A stretch of DNA of 64,000 nt, taken from contig OZ024745.1 in NCBI GenBank assembly GCA_964016885.1, forward strand, positions 111,600,001 through 111,664,000. The letters are read 5' to 3'. Both the position numbers and the translations under genes were made by a program. The notes below the pieces were generated by a model, which saw only the letters and a list, made by a program, of their open reading frames with translations, was not told the DNA's origin and made no database searches. Positions 26,974-39,465 of the stretch are shown here, piece by piece (the first letter of the stretch is position 1; each line of letters opens with the position of its first letter). The stretch is from Eledone cirrhosa (lineage: Eukaryota).

Positions 26974-27369
26974 CTGTAAATAAAAGAATAATAACTTTAA
27001 TATGAGATTCTTCTTTTGTAATAGCAGGCTTGACTTGCTAAAAATAACAGCCAGATCTGCCTCAAATTTCACTAAACCATCTTTAAAAAATGGACACATT
27101 GAATAACATGAATCTTGGGTAATAATCAAAAGAATGCGATTGTGAATACAAGTAGCCAAATTGAGGTTCTTCTGAAGGGTTTTTGGGTAATGTTATCAAT
27201 AACATGGGTAGCTGAGATCTCAGAGAGTGCATATGCAAAACGTAAATGGAAAACAATACGCCAAATGATACAGTTCAATGAAGATATATAGTAGTTTAAA
27301 TCTTTTTGATGTTTTTGATATTAGTCCTTCATCAGAAGATAGAATGAGAAATAACAGAAGAAATAGATA

Positions 27370-28292
27370 TATTTCTTTATTTGCCACAAGGGCGCAAAAA
27401 GATGGGGACAAATACAGAGTGGGGAGTTTACATATATGCATGTAAAAAAAATAGAATTAATAACAAATAACAATTAACAATTGAAATCCCCAATAGGGGG
27501 GAGGCGTTACACATGGGTTGTACACACCCCAAAAAAATGTACAACCCTCATCTCCAGGAGCACGAAGAGTGAGCGCTCCTTTCCTCTCTTCCTCTTTTTC
27601 CTCAACCTACAGGTTTATATAAAGAGAAGGCCCAACCACTCGGGCCATCCTTGCCACATTCACCCACCTTTCGTAAAATTTGAGGTGCAGCACCTCTCCC
27701 TCCACTCTGATTCTTCTTCTAAAATGATATTTGAAGAAGCGAACCAGTTGTTCACCGGAGAGAAAGGTGTCTGACCACAACCCTTTCAGTCTCGTCCACC
27801 ATATAGCCTCTTTCACCATAGCCATTATACAGAGGAAAACCACCTCTCCTTCGTTTTTGAAGGAAGGTGGCGGTTTGATCGCAATAATGGACTCGGTGGT
27901 CAACCAGATTTGTCCCACCCGCGACAGTAGTCGTTCTGCATAGCTCCACAGGTCGGGCAGTGTACAAATGCGTGCGCGACGGTTTCCTCGTCCCGCACGC
28001 ATCTCGGACAGATCTTTTTCGAGGGATCCCTGCCCAGGTGCCCGTGTCTGTAGAGCTTGTCTCGAACGGGTAGAGCTCCTCGGTAGCACTGCCAGGCCAG
28101 GGACTTTTGGAAGTTGTCCATTGGTCCCGGGTGGAATGTCCTACCAAACAGACTGGCCAGTTCGTCTTCCTCTACACCGAGAGTTTCTCCGAGAGTGTCG
28201 TCGCACTTGCTGCGGACTAACCCTTTATAGAATGATGAGGTGGAGTCTCCACTGATCGCCGGGTCCGTTTGCCAGAGGACTGTGAGCGCCTG
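27370..28292 (-). mobile_element. Tx1/L1-like LINE 3' fragment
   Basis: ORFs 27900-28121 (MDNFQKSLAW..CPRC..ETVAHAFVHC) and 27607-28089 are homologous to 19000-19520; 17-bp TSD aacagaagaaatagata (27353-27369 / 28293-28309). Confidence 0.92.
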
Positions 28293-28339
28293 AACAGAAG
28301 AAATAGATAGATAAAGATATACAAGAGTGGATATGAATA

Positions 28340-28794
28340 TCTCTATATATATAAAACTGAGGATGTCTGTGTGTGTGTGTGTGAGTTTGAATCCCTAAAA
28401 CTCGAGAAGTACCCAGCCGATTTTTTTCAAACTTTACATATATGTTACTTATGTTTCAGGGAGTGTTATGCACATAAAACTTTTGATCCCATAAGTGAAT
28501 AACTGCGTTTTTTCAGCTTTTTAGGGGTTTCTTGAGGTGTTACGTCAGACCGATTTCCTTGAAATTGTAACTATGTATTAGTCAGTCTCTTTTTCATACC
28601 GTAAGCAAAGAAAATCCAATTTTTTTATGGCCTAGGGCTCGCATTAGGTGAAAAACTTCATTTTTTTAGGGCTTTTTTTCGGTTTATTTTCTTTACATAT
28701 TGTCCAGGCATGCACAGTTTTTCCACGATTAGGCCTGTTGGCGGCCCGCGTTTCAAAATATTTTATCCCGTGCAACGCCGGGTTCCACTGTTAG
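28340..28794 (+). mobile_element. Non-autonomous Helitron
   Basis: 5' A|TCTCTATATATATAAAA; 3' hairpin CCCGTGCAACGCCGGG then TTAG|T (CTRR-like); no TSD. Confidence 0.75.
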
Positions 28795-29051
28795 TATAGA
28801 ATAAAGTTGAACATAAATTATGTGATTTGGATGTTACTTTCCTTAAAAAGTTGTCCAAATCTAATTTATTCACTGTTTCTATTTCTAATCAATGAAACTG
28901 AAGAATATTAGAAGCTTCTTCTACCATTCAATGTAAGTTCAACTCCAAGATTCTTTAATTAGTTTCTGAGTCACTTGAGACAACTACTATGCTGTAACAA
29001 AGTGTCATAGAGTATGTTTTATAAACACAAATGGATCTATGTTCACCTTAA

Positions 29052-29483
29052 CACTTTAGCATTCACATTACTCCATATATACTATTATATTTTCATGGTA
29101 AAGGCTTTACCTCGCATAATTATCTCACAAAATGTCGAATCTATGAGATTTTGAAAGTATTTATTTTGAGAACAATACCTTAACATCAGTTTGAGTGACC
29201 AGTTACAGCCAGTTTCAACAGAAAAAGGTAGAGAATTCTGGCCGGTTTTGGCCGGTTTGAACATTAAAGGGTTAACACTTTAGTATTTAAACCAGCAGTA
29301 TCTGGCCAGAATTCTCTCACCTCTTCCTGTTCAAACTGGCTGTAACTGGCCACTCATACTGATGTTAAGGTATTGTTCTCAAAAGAAATACCATCAAAAC
29401 CTCATAGATTGAATATTATGTGAGATAAAACCTTATGCGTGAAAATATAATATTAAATATAGAGTAATGTAAATGCTAAAGGC
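29052..29483. mobile_element. Two piggyBac-type MITEs (family 1) head-to-head sharing a central TTAA
   Basis: TTAA at 29048, 29272 and 29484; copy 1 (29052-29271) is on minus and copy 2 (29276-29483) on plus; both match 14408-14626. Confidence 0.85.
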
Positions 29484-29724
29484 TTAATGATGGCAAAGAA
29501 ACCATGATGTCACATGGCATCATGCCAAGACAGGCTTTCCAACTTGCAGCAGAATGATGACTCTAAATAAATATTTGGGGGCTGAAGTTATATGGCACTT
29601 GGTGTACTGTAATAACTTTTCAGCAAATTATCTCCAGAAGCTGTTTTGAATTGTCAGCTGATTCTAGCAAAGGAATGAGTGTCATAATTCTTTATTTCAT
29701 TTACGCGTGCGCGCGCGCACACGC

Positions 29725-29757
<33 letters not shown>

Positions 29758-29759
29758 AT

Positions 29760-29990
29760 TCAATAGTGATTCTAAAACCTAGATTACGAAAAATAATGTA
29801 ACATCATGTTACCTTAGACTTAGAAACTCCTCTCTACTACCCATACCACAAATCTAATGAATCCCTTAGATGTACAGATGTTACATTCTTTCTTTGTAAT
29901 CTAGGTCTTAGAATTACTATTGAGTCTAACATAACTAGGGCCAATTTTTTAGCTGTTACCTTCGAACTCAACTGAGGTACATTCATTTAG
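29760..29990 (+). pseudogene. Penelope-like RT fragment with inverted duplication
   Basis: 29878 onward reads DVTFFLCNLGLRITIESNITRANFLAVTFELN*GT, resembling the PLE RT 'GL.ITIE.N...NFLDVT' region; 29760-29805 is an inverted copy of 29877-29922. Confidence 0.55.
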
Positions 29991-30062
29991 AAACTTCCCT
30001 CTAATACTTGTACCACACACAATTCAACATTTTAATAAAAGTATGTATACATTTTGGGGGAC

Positions 30063-30100
<38 letters not shown>

Positions 30101-30189
30101 CAAAAATTGTTGTTTAGCCCCAGGTCAGTCCTGATCCAACAGACCTTTGATCAAAGGCATTCCAGTTGTGTGCCTGCAATCAAATAGCT

Positions 30190-30380
30190 AAGGCAGAAAA
30201 TTGACAGAATTGATTAAATATTTTGCAGTATTTGTTCTGGTTCTCTGCATTCTGAGTGCAAATTCTGACACGGTCAACTTTGCCTTGCATCTTTTTGAGA
30301 TCGATAAAATACCAGTCTAATACTGGAGTTAATTCTTTCTTTATATCTCTTTCTCACTACCTTTCTCTGGAAGAAATTAA
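30190..30380 (+). mobile_element. SINE-B, diverged (also 32740-32950 on plus and 39240-39435 on minus)
   Basis: tRNA-like head, actttgcctt..cat..gtcgataaaa..accagt centre, tail ttctctggaagaaa. Confidence 0.6.
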
Positions 30381-30552
30381 GTTAGGGATGGGATCTGCAT
30401 GGTTTAAATGCACAAGATGGTGTCCCTTTGACCCAAATAAGAGTTCAAGACCAGTGAGATGATGAGATGAGCTATCTAAGACTACATGTCTATCTTTCTT
30501 TTAAAAACAGCTGGGTATGAGTGGAAGGATATGTTGCTATTATTTCTTGGTA

Positions 30553-30740
30553 GGGCGGTGGATTGGCAGTATCGGTAGAGGGTCATACGCCATGCTTTCC
30601 AGCATAGTTACGTCCCTTTACGATCTGAGTTCAAATCCCGCCGAGGTTGACTTTGCCTTTCATCCTTACGGGGTCGATAAAATAAAGTACCAGTAATGAA
30701 CTGGGTAATTGCTGGCCTTGTGCCTAAAGTAGAAACAATT
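30553..30740 (+). mobile_element. SINE-A, full length
   Basis: A/B boxes and conserved centre; TSD attatttcttggt. Confidence 0.9.
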
Positions 30741-32012
30741 ATTTCTTGGTGGTTGAGTGAAGAATACTAGTGTTCCCTTGTTGGCTAATACCACAGCAGT
30801 TTTATGCCTCTGTAAGAAATCATTATCTCCAGAGGACATAGTTATAAAAATAAGTAAAAATTAATATCTGCAGGTAATACTTGAGTAATCTAAAGCTGTT
30901 ATCATTTACAGTTTAATTACTAGAACAATTAGAAGCAATCAGAAAACTGAGACTTAGCTAGAGACACAGAAAAATAAGATTAAAAAAATATTAAAACAGT
31001 TTTACTGTGTTCTTTTTCTTTTCTTTTTTTTCATACATAATTTATATTCAACTTTAAGAACATAAAATTTATTTATATCATAATAAATAAACTTTTACTC
31101 CATAAGAGGAGGAGGATTCTAACCTATAGAGAATTATAGAGGATAATTTAAATATCATGCTTCGTTACCAAAAATACATGAATACATACATACACACAAA
31201 CATGAATCTATCGTGATAATGGTAAGTACTGAGAAGATAAGCAAGTAATTGCAATATATTAAAAGAGTGCATTGGACATATTAGTAATATGTTTTATTAA
31301 TGGTAACATGAGCAGAATAAACAAGAATGAAATTTTGGAAGAGAATAAAAGAGAAATAAATAAATATATAAATAAATAAAAATTATAAGCATTAAATCCC
31401 TTAATCATTTAATAAAGAAATAATTTGAAATTTGCAGGTAAGGGAAGAGATAGGAGATAGATAGATATTTTTTCGAAAACAACCAAGTTTAATCATAGGT
31501 GAAAAAAAAACAAAAAAGCCAAGCTTTACATAGATAATATTAAACAAAACACCGACATCTGTGCTCAGCAATATGAAATTCTCAATTTTCAATATTAGCA
31601 CTCTTGTCACCAATATGTTTTCAAATTAAGTGAACAGATGAAAAGCCACCTATGAGGTGAAATGAGACAGAAGCTGCTATTTTCAGCAAATTACACTTAA
31701 ATTAACAACAAATTGTTTACTTATTTCTTATGTACAAGATCCAACTATGATTAGGTAAAATGGGGAGGGGAATAAATAGATAAATCAGAATGGCTATGAG
31801 CAAACTGTGACTTTAAATGAAGAAATTACAAGAACAATGCGTGGGGGGGGGGGGGGTACATACATCTTTCTCACCATCACCCATCTTTTCTGTGAATATC
31901 TGCTTCTTATGCTGCTTCTTATTCAATCTCCCAACCAACAACCAACTTGTAGCTACGACTATCTGTCGTTAATTACAGCAACCCATACCACCCCCGCTCT
32001 TATTATTCTGTT

Positions 32013-32200
32013 TCGGTGGATTGGCATTATCGGTAGAGGGTCGAACGCCATGCTTTGAAGCATAGAGTAACCTCCCTTTATGATCTGAGTTCAAATCCCG
32101 CCGAGGTTAACTTTGCCTTTCATCCTTACAGGGTCGATAAAATAAAGAACCAGTAATACACTGGGATAATTGCTGGCCTTGTGCCAAAAGTAGAAACAAT
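32013..32200 (+). mobile_element. SINE-A
   Basis: A/B boxes; TSD attattctgtttc. Confidence 0.9.
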
Positions 32201-33469
32201 TATTCTGTTTCTCACAACAGATCCACACTTATACTCTCTTTCATTTCACCTTCTTTTCATCCCCATCGTTCACATTTTTTGAAAGAACAGAAACAAAGGA
32301 CATGGCAGCCTCTCTAGTGCTGGTGACATAATAAAATACACCCAGTACACCCTGTAAAGTTATTGGCAAATGAATGGAAAAGTGTAGAATTGAGATAATT
32401 CATTAGTCATGTTGAGGATATAACAGCCTCTACTTCAATTTACGTGTGACAATAAAAATAAATTTGATACTGATTTATATGTCAACAAACTCAATACAAT
32501 CAGATAGATGGACAAATTCAAACCCAGTGTTTATCAATGGCACTGTTGTACTACTAAAGACTGTTTGTTTTTACCTGTACCACATCCTTAGCAAATAAAC
32601 TTTGTTAAATCTGGCTTTCCCAAAACTGAAATAAGGCTGCCAAGAAGATAAAAACAGAAGAAAGATGAGACAGGAAAATTTTTCACAAGTGCTAAGCACA
32701 CAATAAAGCCAAACAGTAATATATCAGCATACAATGAACTGAATTGGCAGAGTCGTTAGAACATTGGATAGAATGCTTTGTGGTATTCATTCTGGCTTTC
32801 TGTTCTCTAAGTTCAAATCCTGTCAACGTCAACTTTCCCTTTCATCCTTTCGAGGTCAATAAAAAAAGTACCCGTCTCGTACTGGGTCAATTCTTCCTCT
32901 ATATTTTTTTATCACTTCCATTTTCTCACTTTCTACCCTTCTCTGGAAGAAATCTGGTTTATTCTGACCTGGAGAAACATGGGCTCTACCAGATTTTAAA
33001 ATGCTCTAGAAATGCTGTATATCAATGTGGCACCTCTATGGCACCCTAAGGATTTACTAGACCATACATACAATGAATATGCAACCGTAATATCTTTCTA
33101 TGACAGTAGTATAGAATTGCACGCAAAAGCAAATCAGGTAAAATAAAACATAAAACCTAAATGAACTTCACCTGCAGACTAACACTCATGAATCAGCACT
33201 GATTTTAAATATCCAACATCTTTATCTTTAAATATATAAACAACATTTTTTTTAGATATGAAAGTTTTTAGTAAACTAAATAACATTGGTTACTTAACAA
33301 ATAGAGTGATTTAATCAATAGAAAGAAAAAGGTACAATGCAAAGAATATTTTAAATAAATGAAAATGAGATAAAACTGAAGATTGCTCAGGAGAGAGATT
33401 AGCTAATTTGAATTACACTATAGAAAAGAAAAACAGAAAATAACAACAGCTTCTTGCTTTATGATATAA

Positions 33470-34095
33470 CTAGCAGAATGGCCCGGCGTTGCTCGGTATT
33501 TTCTCTAAGGTTCTTATATATTTGATATATATTTATCCTTATCGAGCCTCGTGAAATAAATACGTTTGTTTATATTTTGTTATTGCGTATGCAAAAATAT
33601 CTGTACACGAATATATAATTATATATATATATATATTAAAATAACAGATTAAAGTTTAAACAAAGAATCGCTGCTTTCACTCTTAACGGGATCTTCTGAA
33701 ACTAAAAAATCAATCTGTGAACGCAGAAGTAAATATTTCGAAAAACGTTACACACTACATATATATATATATACACACACTATATATATATAGATATATA
33801 CACACACACACACAGTGTCATAATGTCGTAATGCAGACAGCCAGACATACAGACAGATATTATAAGGGCGCAACATTATATCTATGTATCTATCTAAAAA
33901 GAAAGACTAAGAATTATAGAGAGAGATCGCTAAATCGCCTAATGCGGTCCGTAGGGCATTGAAAATTTGAAATTTTTTTTCTAAAAACACTCACAGGACC
34001 ATAAGTATTACATGCGTAAAGTTTGAAAACAATCGGTTGGGTGGTTCTCGAGTTCTAGGGAGCTGACAGACAGACAGACATTATACTGAGAATAG
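33470..34095 (-). mobile_element. Non-autonomous Helitron
   Basis: Minus-strand 3' end CCGAGCAACGCCGGGCCATTCTG-CTAG|T; (CAGA)n block near the 5' end. Confidence 0.75.
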
Positions 34096-34324
34096 GTTCT
34101 ATTTCTACTAAGGAAAGACAGTGGAATATTCAGGAAGGAATTGATAGAGATAATGATAAGTATCAGCAACAACAAATAGGATTATTGGAGAGGAGGCTGA
34201 GGCAGTAAGTGAAAGACAAGAAAAAAGTAGAGAGAAATAACTAGTAGCAGAAATGTACGTATGTACCTGTAACTCTTGATGGAGGTCATAGGGGCAGTGT
34301 TGGCATACAGCATGTCTGAACACA

Positions 34325-34985
34325 GACAATTTCTTCCAGAGAAGGAGAGAGTGAGTGAAAAAGAGAGACAAAGAAAGAATCGACTCCAGTACTGAACGGG
34401 TACTTTTTTTTATTAACCTCAAAAGAATGAAAAAAGTTGAGCTCGGTGGGATTCAAACTCATGGAGTGCAGAGAGCCAGAGTGGAGTGCAGAGAGCCAGA
34501 ATGGAGTGCAGAGAGCCAGAATGGAGTGCAGAGAGCCAGAATGGAGTGCAGAGAGCCAGAGTGGAGTGCAGAGAGCCAGAATGGAGTGCAGAGAGCCAGA
34601 GTGGAGTGCAGAGAGCCAGAATGGAGTGTAGAGAGCCAGAATGGAGTGCAGAGAGCCAGAATGGAGTGCAGAGAGCCAGAATGGAGTGCAAAGAGCCAGA
34701 ATGGAGTGCAGTGAGCCAGAATGGAGTGCAGAGAGCCAGAGTGGAGTGCAGAGAGCCAGAGTGGAGTGCAGAGAGCCAGAGTGGAGTGCAGAGAGACAGA
34801 ATGGAGTGTAGAGAGCCAGAATGGAGTGCAGAGAGCCAGAGTGGAGTGCAGAGAGCCAGAGTGGAGTGCAGAGAGACAGAATGGAGTGCAGAGAGCCAGA
34901 GTGGAGTGCAGAGAGCCAGAATGGAGTGCAGAGAGCCAGAATGAATGTTGCAAAGCATTCCATCTGCCGTTCTAACAACTCTGAG
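34325..34985 (-). mobile_element. SINE-B containing an internal tandem expansion
   Basis: Sequence on both sides of the array matches 32745-32950. Confidence 0.75.
34461..34940. repeat. 24 x 20-bp minisatellite (RTGGAGTGCAGAGAGCCAGA)
   Basis: Exact 20-bp period over 480 bp. Confidence 0.97.
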
Positions 34986-35019
34986 CAAACAACTAGATTG
35001 ACAGATAAATAATGGCGTT

Positions 35020-35230
35020 TTGGAGGCATATTTTCCTCATGAGTGACCCTCAGAAGTATCTCCACTTCTAGGGAATTTGTTATGTTTGAATTTTTAAATG
35101 TTTATTTTTTTTAGTCTTTTATACGCCTTTCTTTCACACACAAAAAAACCCACACTGTAGCGTCCTGTACTGTCTTTATTGCCCTCTTAATGTAAGCCCT
35201 CTGTGGCTAATAAAGAAACCCTTATCATCA
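35020..35230 (+). mobile_element. Tx1-like 3' UTR fragment
   Basis: Ends gccctctgtggctaataaagaaa, like 19775-19800. Confidence 0.6.
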
Positions 35231-35235
35231 TTATT

Positions 35236-36240
35236 AGTACCAGTAATGCACTGGGTAATTGCTGGCCTTGTGCCTAAAGTAGAAACAATTATTATTATTT
35301 CGTTTTTGAATTTGTTTAGCAAGATTCTTTATCTGAAATCGTGTGTTGAAACCGATATTGTTATACTTTGGGAGGGTCATGTTGCCAATAAGAAACACAC
35401 GCACCAGTTGCTTTCACTTCAATTTATTATATATTTATACATTTATAAATTTACAAATCTACAAACTTATAAATTTCTGGTTGGTTGGTTGGTTCCACAA
35501 CCAGATAGTTGTTTATATATAGTCATAGTCCTTTCGTCACACACTCTGTGACCTCTTATATATATATAATAAATTGAAGTGAAAGCAACTGGTGCGTGTG
35601 TTTCTTATTGGCAACATGACCCTCCCAAAGTATAACAATTATTATTATTATTATTATTATTTGCCTTTCATCCTTACGGAGTCAATAAAATAAAGTACCA
35701 GTAATGCACTGGGGTAATTGCTCGCCTTGTGCCAAAAAGTATAAACAATTATTATTATTAGGGGGGTGGATTGGCAGTATCGGTAGAGGGTCGGATGCCA
35801 TGCTTTGCAGCATAGAGTTACGGCCCTTTATGATCTGAGTTCAAATCCCGCAGAGATTAACTTTGCCTTTCATCCTTACGGGGTCGATAAAATAAAGTAC
35901 CAGTCATGTTCTGGGGTCGATTTAATCGACTTTCCCCTCCCCCAAAATTGCTGGCCTTGTGCCTATATAAGAAGCTATTATTATTATTACTGTTATTACT
36001 ACACTTTGATAGTAGTGTTATTACTATTTGTTGTCGTTGTTGTTCTATCTTTGATACTAATTTGTGAGATTTCAGCTTTAATCCTGCATTCACATTATTT
36101 TATATATACTATTATATTTTCATTCTGAGTTCAAATCCCGCCGAGGTTAACTTTGCCTTTCATCCTTACGGGGTCGATAAAATAAAGTACCAGTAATGTA
36201 CTGGGTAATTGCTGGCCTTGTGCCAATAGTAGAAACAATT
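35236..36240 (+). mobile_element. Cluster of four SINE-A copies or fragments (35236-35300, 35660-35760, 35761-35990, 36124-36240)
   Basis: Repeated SINE-A centre and tail with (ATT)n. Confidence 0.85.
35359..35637. mobile_element. Fold-back element with ~75-bp perfect inverted arms and a partial hammerhead motif
   Basis: TGTTATACTTTGGGAGGGTCATGTTGCC...ACTTCAATTTATTATAT and its exact reverse complement; minus-strand GAGGTCACAGAGTGTGTGACGAAAGGACTA inside; related arm fragment at 5611-5675. Confidence 0.75.
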
Positions 36241-36425
36241 ATATTTTCATGGTAAAGGCTTTACCGCACATAATTATCTCACATAATATCGAATCTATGA
36301 GATTTTGAAAGTATTTATTTTGAGAACAATACCTTAACATAAGTTTGAGTGACCAGTTACAGCCAGTTTCAACAGAAAAGGGTAGAGAATTCTGGGCGGT
36401 TTTGGCCGGTTTGAACACTAAAGGG
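36082..36425 (-). mobile_element. piggyBac-type MITE (family 1) interrupted by SINE-A
   Basis: TTAA at 36078 and 36426; SINE TSD attatattttcat (36111-36123 / 36238-36250). Confidence 0.8.
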
Positions 36426-36932
36426 TTAAACTTGTCTACTCTGATGAAAGCCATTGAACCTAAGGAGTCATATTTTATAAAAAAAAAAAAAAAGCTACAA
36501 ACATCACATTCTAAATTTAATTCTTTATAAGTTTTACAATAATGTACATCTTCAGAATATTTATTATTGAAATGAAGAGAAAATAAATTGTTATGGAAGA
36601 CAAAAGAGAAAGGATGACAGTTTTTTTTTTTCCTTCTTCCTTATAATACTATTGAAAATCTCCTGGACCACATAGGAGCTAATAGTGAGTGTACATGTAT
36701 GTGACTGTATGTATGTGTGTCTCCATGCATGTGAGTGCGTGCGCATGTATGTGTGTATATGGTTGTTGACACTTTCGTGCAATGACATAGGTTCCTAAAT
36801 AATGAGTTCACCTGTAAATTGTCACATTTAAACAAAGTTAACAATACATCCCATTTCAAAGGAACAAACTCTATAGAGATGGTAAGAGAGGAAGAGAGTA
36901 AGGAAGGAGAGTAGGGAATAACAGAATAGAAG

Positions 36933-37725
36933 TATATATATATATATATATATATTTATACATGCATATTTACATACTTATATATGTATATATATACATA
37001 TATATATACACACTTATATATGTATATATATACATACACACATATATATGTATATATATACATACACACATATATATGTATATATATACATACACACATA
37101 TATATGTATATATATACATATATATATATACACACATATATATATACATACATATTCATGTAAACACACATATATATATATATATATATACATACATATA
37201 TACATATATATATACACATACATATATACATATATATATATACATACATATATACATATATATATACACATACATATATACATATATATATATACATACA
37301 TATATACATATATACATATATATATATATATACATATATACATATATACATATATATATATATATACATATAAACATACATATATATATATTTATACATG
37401 CATATGTACATACTTATATATGTATATATATACATATATATATGTATATATATATATGTATGTATACATATATATATGTATATATATATGTATGGATATA
37501 TATATATATATATACATACATATATATATATACATACATATAAACATACATATATATATATATTTACATACATACGTACATATATATATATACATACACA
37601 TACATAAGATATACATACATACTCAGACATATATATATACATACATGCACATACATGTATATACATGCATACACATACATGCATACATATACATGCATAC
37701 ATATACATGCATACATACATATACA
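36933..37725. repeat. Compound (TA)n/(TACA)n microsatellite
   Basis: ~800 bp of low complexity; similar tracts at 5340-5610, 44750-45140 and 49400-49870. Confidence 0.95.
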
Positions 37726-38331
37726 TCATCATCATCATCATCATTGTTTAATGTCTATCTTCCATGCTAGCATGGGACATACATACGGTTGTGTGTGTGT
37801 GTGTGTGTGTGTGAAAACAAAGTAGGATAGATGTTGCAGAAGATGATGAAAAAGAAGTGCATCACCCCCACCCCACCACCACTACCACCACCCTCCCTCA
37901 CCCCAGCCACCAAAGTTGACAATAGAGCAAACATTAACAACATTATTCAGATCCTAATCACACATGGATTGCAGGTGGGCATCAAAAGACAAAATAACTA
38001 TGAAAATTGGCTCCAGTATTCTCATGTGTAGCCAATGAAGTTGAAAAATAAAGAAACCTATGTGTGTATACACAGTAACAAAAAAAAAAAAGTTTTAAAC
38101 CCTAAATACGCACCTGGTGGTGACAGCAATCACGCAAACTCAAACACTGGATGGTTGGGAGTTTTTTGGTGTTTAGGGGTTTTTTTGTTTTTTTTTTATT
38201 TATTTATTTTTGTTATTTTTACCTATAACAAAATACATATAAATCTGTCTTTAGCAGATTCTTCTAATTATCTCCTATTCAAATTCCTCCTCAGATTTCA
38301 GTGTTGCATCATATTTTTGTTTTGTTTCCTT

Positions 38332-38805
38332 CTGTTGTTGTGGTTGTTGTTGGTGTTGTTGTTGTTGTTGTTGTTGTGCTGGTGGTAGTGGTTGTGGTCA
38401 TTGTTGTTGGTCTGGTTGTGGTGGTTGTTTTTGTGGTTATTGTGGTTGTTGTTGTTGTTGATGATGTTGATGTTGTTGTCATTCTTGTTGTGGTTGTGGT
38501 GATTTTTGTTGTGGCTGTTGATATTGTGATTGTTGATGATGATGATGGTGATGATGATGATGATGATGATGTTATTGTTGCTTTAGTCATTGTTGTTGTT
38601 GACATTCTTGTAGTTGTTGCTGATGTTGTTGGTTGTGGTGGTTGTTGTGGTTGTTGTAGTTGTTGTTGTTGTTGTGGTGGTTGTTGATGTTATAGTCATT
38701 ATTGTTGTTGTTGACCTTGTTGACATTCTTGTTGTGGTTTTTGTAGTGGTAGTGGTGGTAGTTATAATGGTAGTGGTAGCAGCAGCTGCAGTAGTACTAG
38801 TAGTA
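38332..38805. repeat. Degenerate (GTT)n/(GAT)n trinucleotide tract
   Basis: Triplet periodicity generates the poly-V and poly-T ORFs. Confidence 0.9.
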
Positions 38806-38985
38806 AAGTACAGTGGATGCATTTTTATCATAGCACTAACACTACCACTTTACAGGGAGTGTGTGTGTGTGTGTGTGTGCGTGTGCGTGTGTGTGTGTGT
38901 GTGCAAGCGTGTGTGTGTGTGTGTGCATGCGTGTGTGTGGTCTTGTAATTCCTGATGGAGCCATGGGGTCACCATATTAACATAT

Positions 38986-39168
38986 GGTGGTGGATTGGCA
39001 GTATCGGTAGAGAGTCGGACGCCATGCTTTCTAGCATAGTTACGTCCCTTTACGATCTGAGTTCAAATCCCGCCGAGGTTGACTTTGCCTTTCATCCTTA
39101 CGGGGTCGATAAAATAAAGTACCAGTAATGCACTGGGTAATTGCTGGCCTTGTGCCTAAAGTAGAAAC
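38986..39168 (+). mobile_element. SINE-A
   Basis: A/B boxes; TSD catattaacatatgg. Confidence 0.9.
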
Positions 39169-39465
39169 ACATATTAACATATGGCATTTCTAAGGCATTT
39201 GCTTTTAAAACCTGGTGGAACCCATCTCCTCTCCAGGTCTAAATACAGTAGATTTCTTTCAGAGAGATTTAGAGGTAGAATCAACCCCAGTACTAGACTG
39301 GTACTGTTTTTTTATCGACCTTGAATGGATGATAGGCAAAGTTGACCTCGGCGGGATTTGATCTCAGAGAGCAGAGAGCCAGTACGAATACTGCAAAGCA
39401 TTGTATCCGACATTCTAAAAACTCTGCCAATTCTCCGTGTGTGTATGTGTGTGCGTATATATATA

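Noticed and set aside
30553-30650. tRNA gene
   Set aside because: The A/B boxes belong to SINE heads followed by SINE body, tail and TSD; no cloverleaf.
34286-35065. 259-aa repetitive ORF and overlapping ORFs
   Set aside because: Stop-free 20-bp repeat inside a SINE; open in most frames.
36956-37770. Long YI/CV-rich ORFs (also at 5298-5646, 44600-45424 and 49465-49891)
   Set aside because: Translations of (TA)n/(CA)n microsatellites.
38301-38955. Mucin-like poly-Thr or poly-Val ORFs
   Set aside because: Degenerate (GTT)n tract with no convincing splice context.
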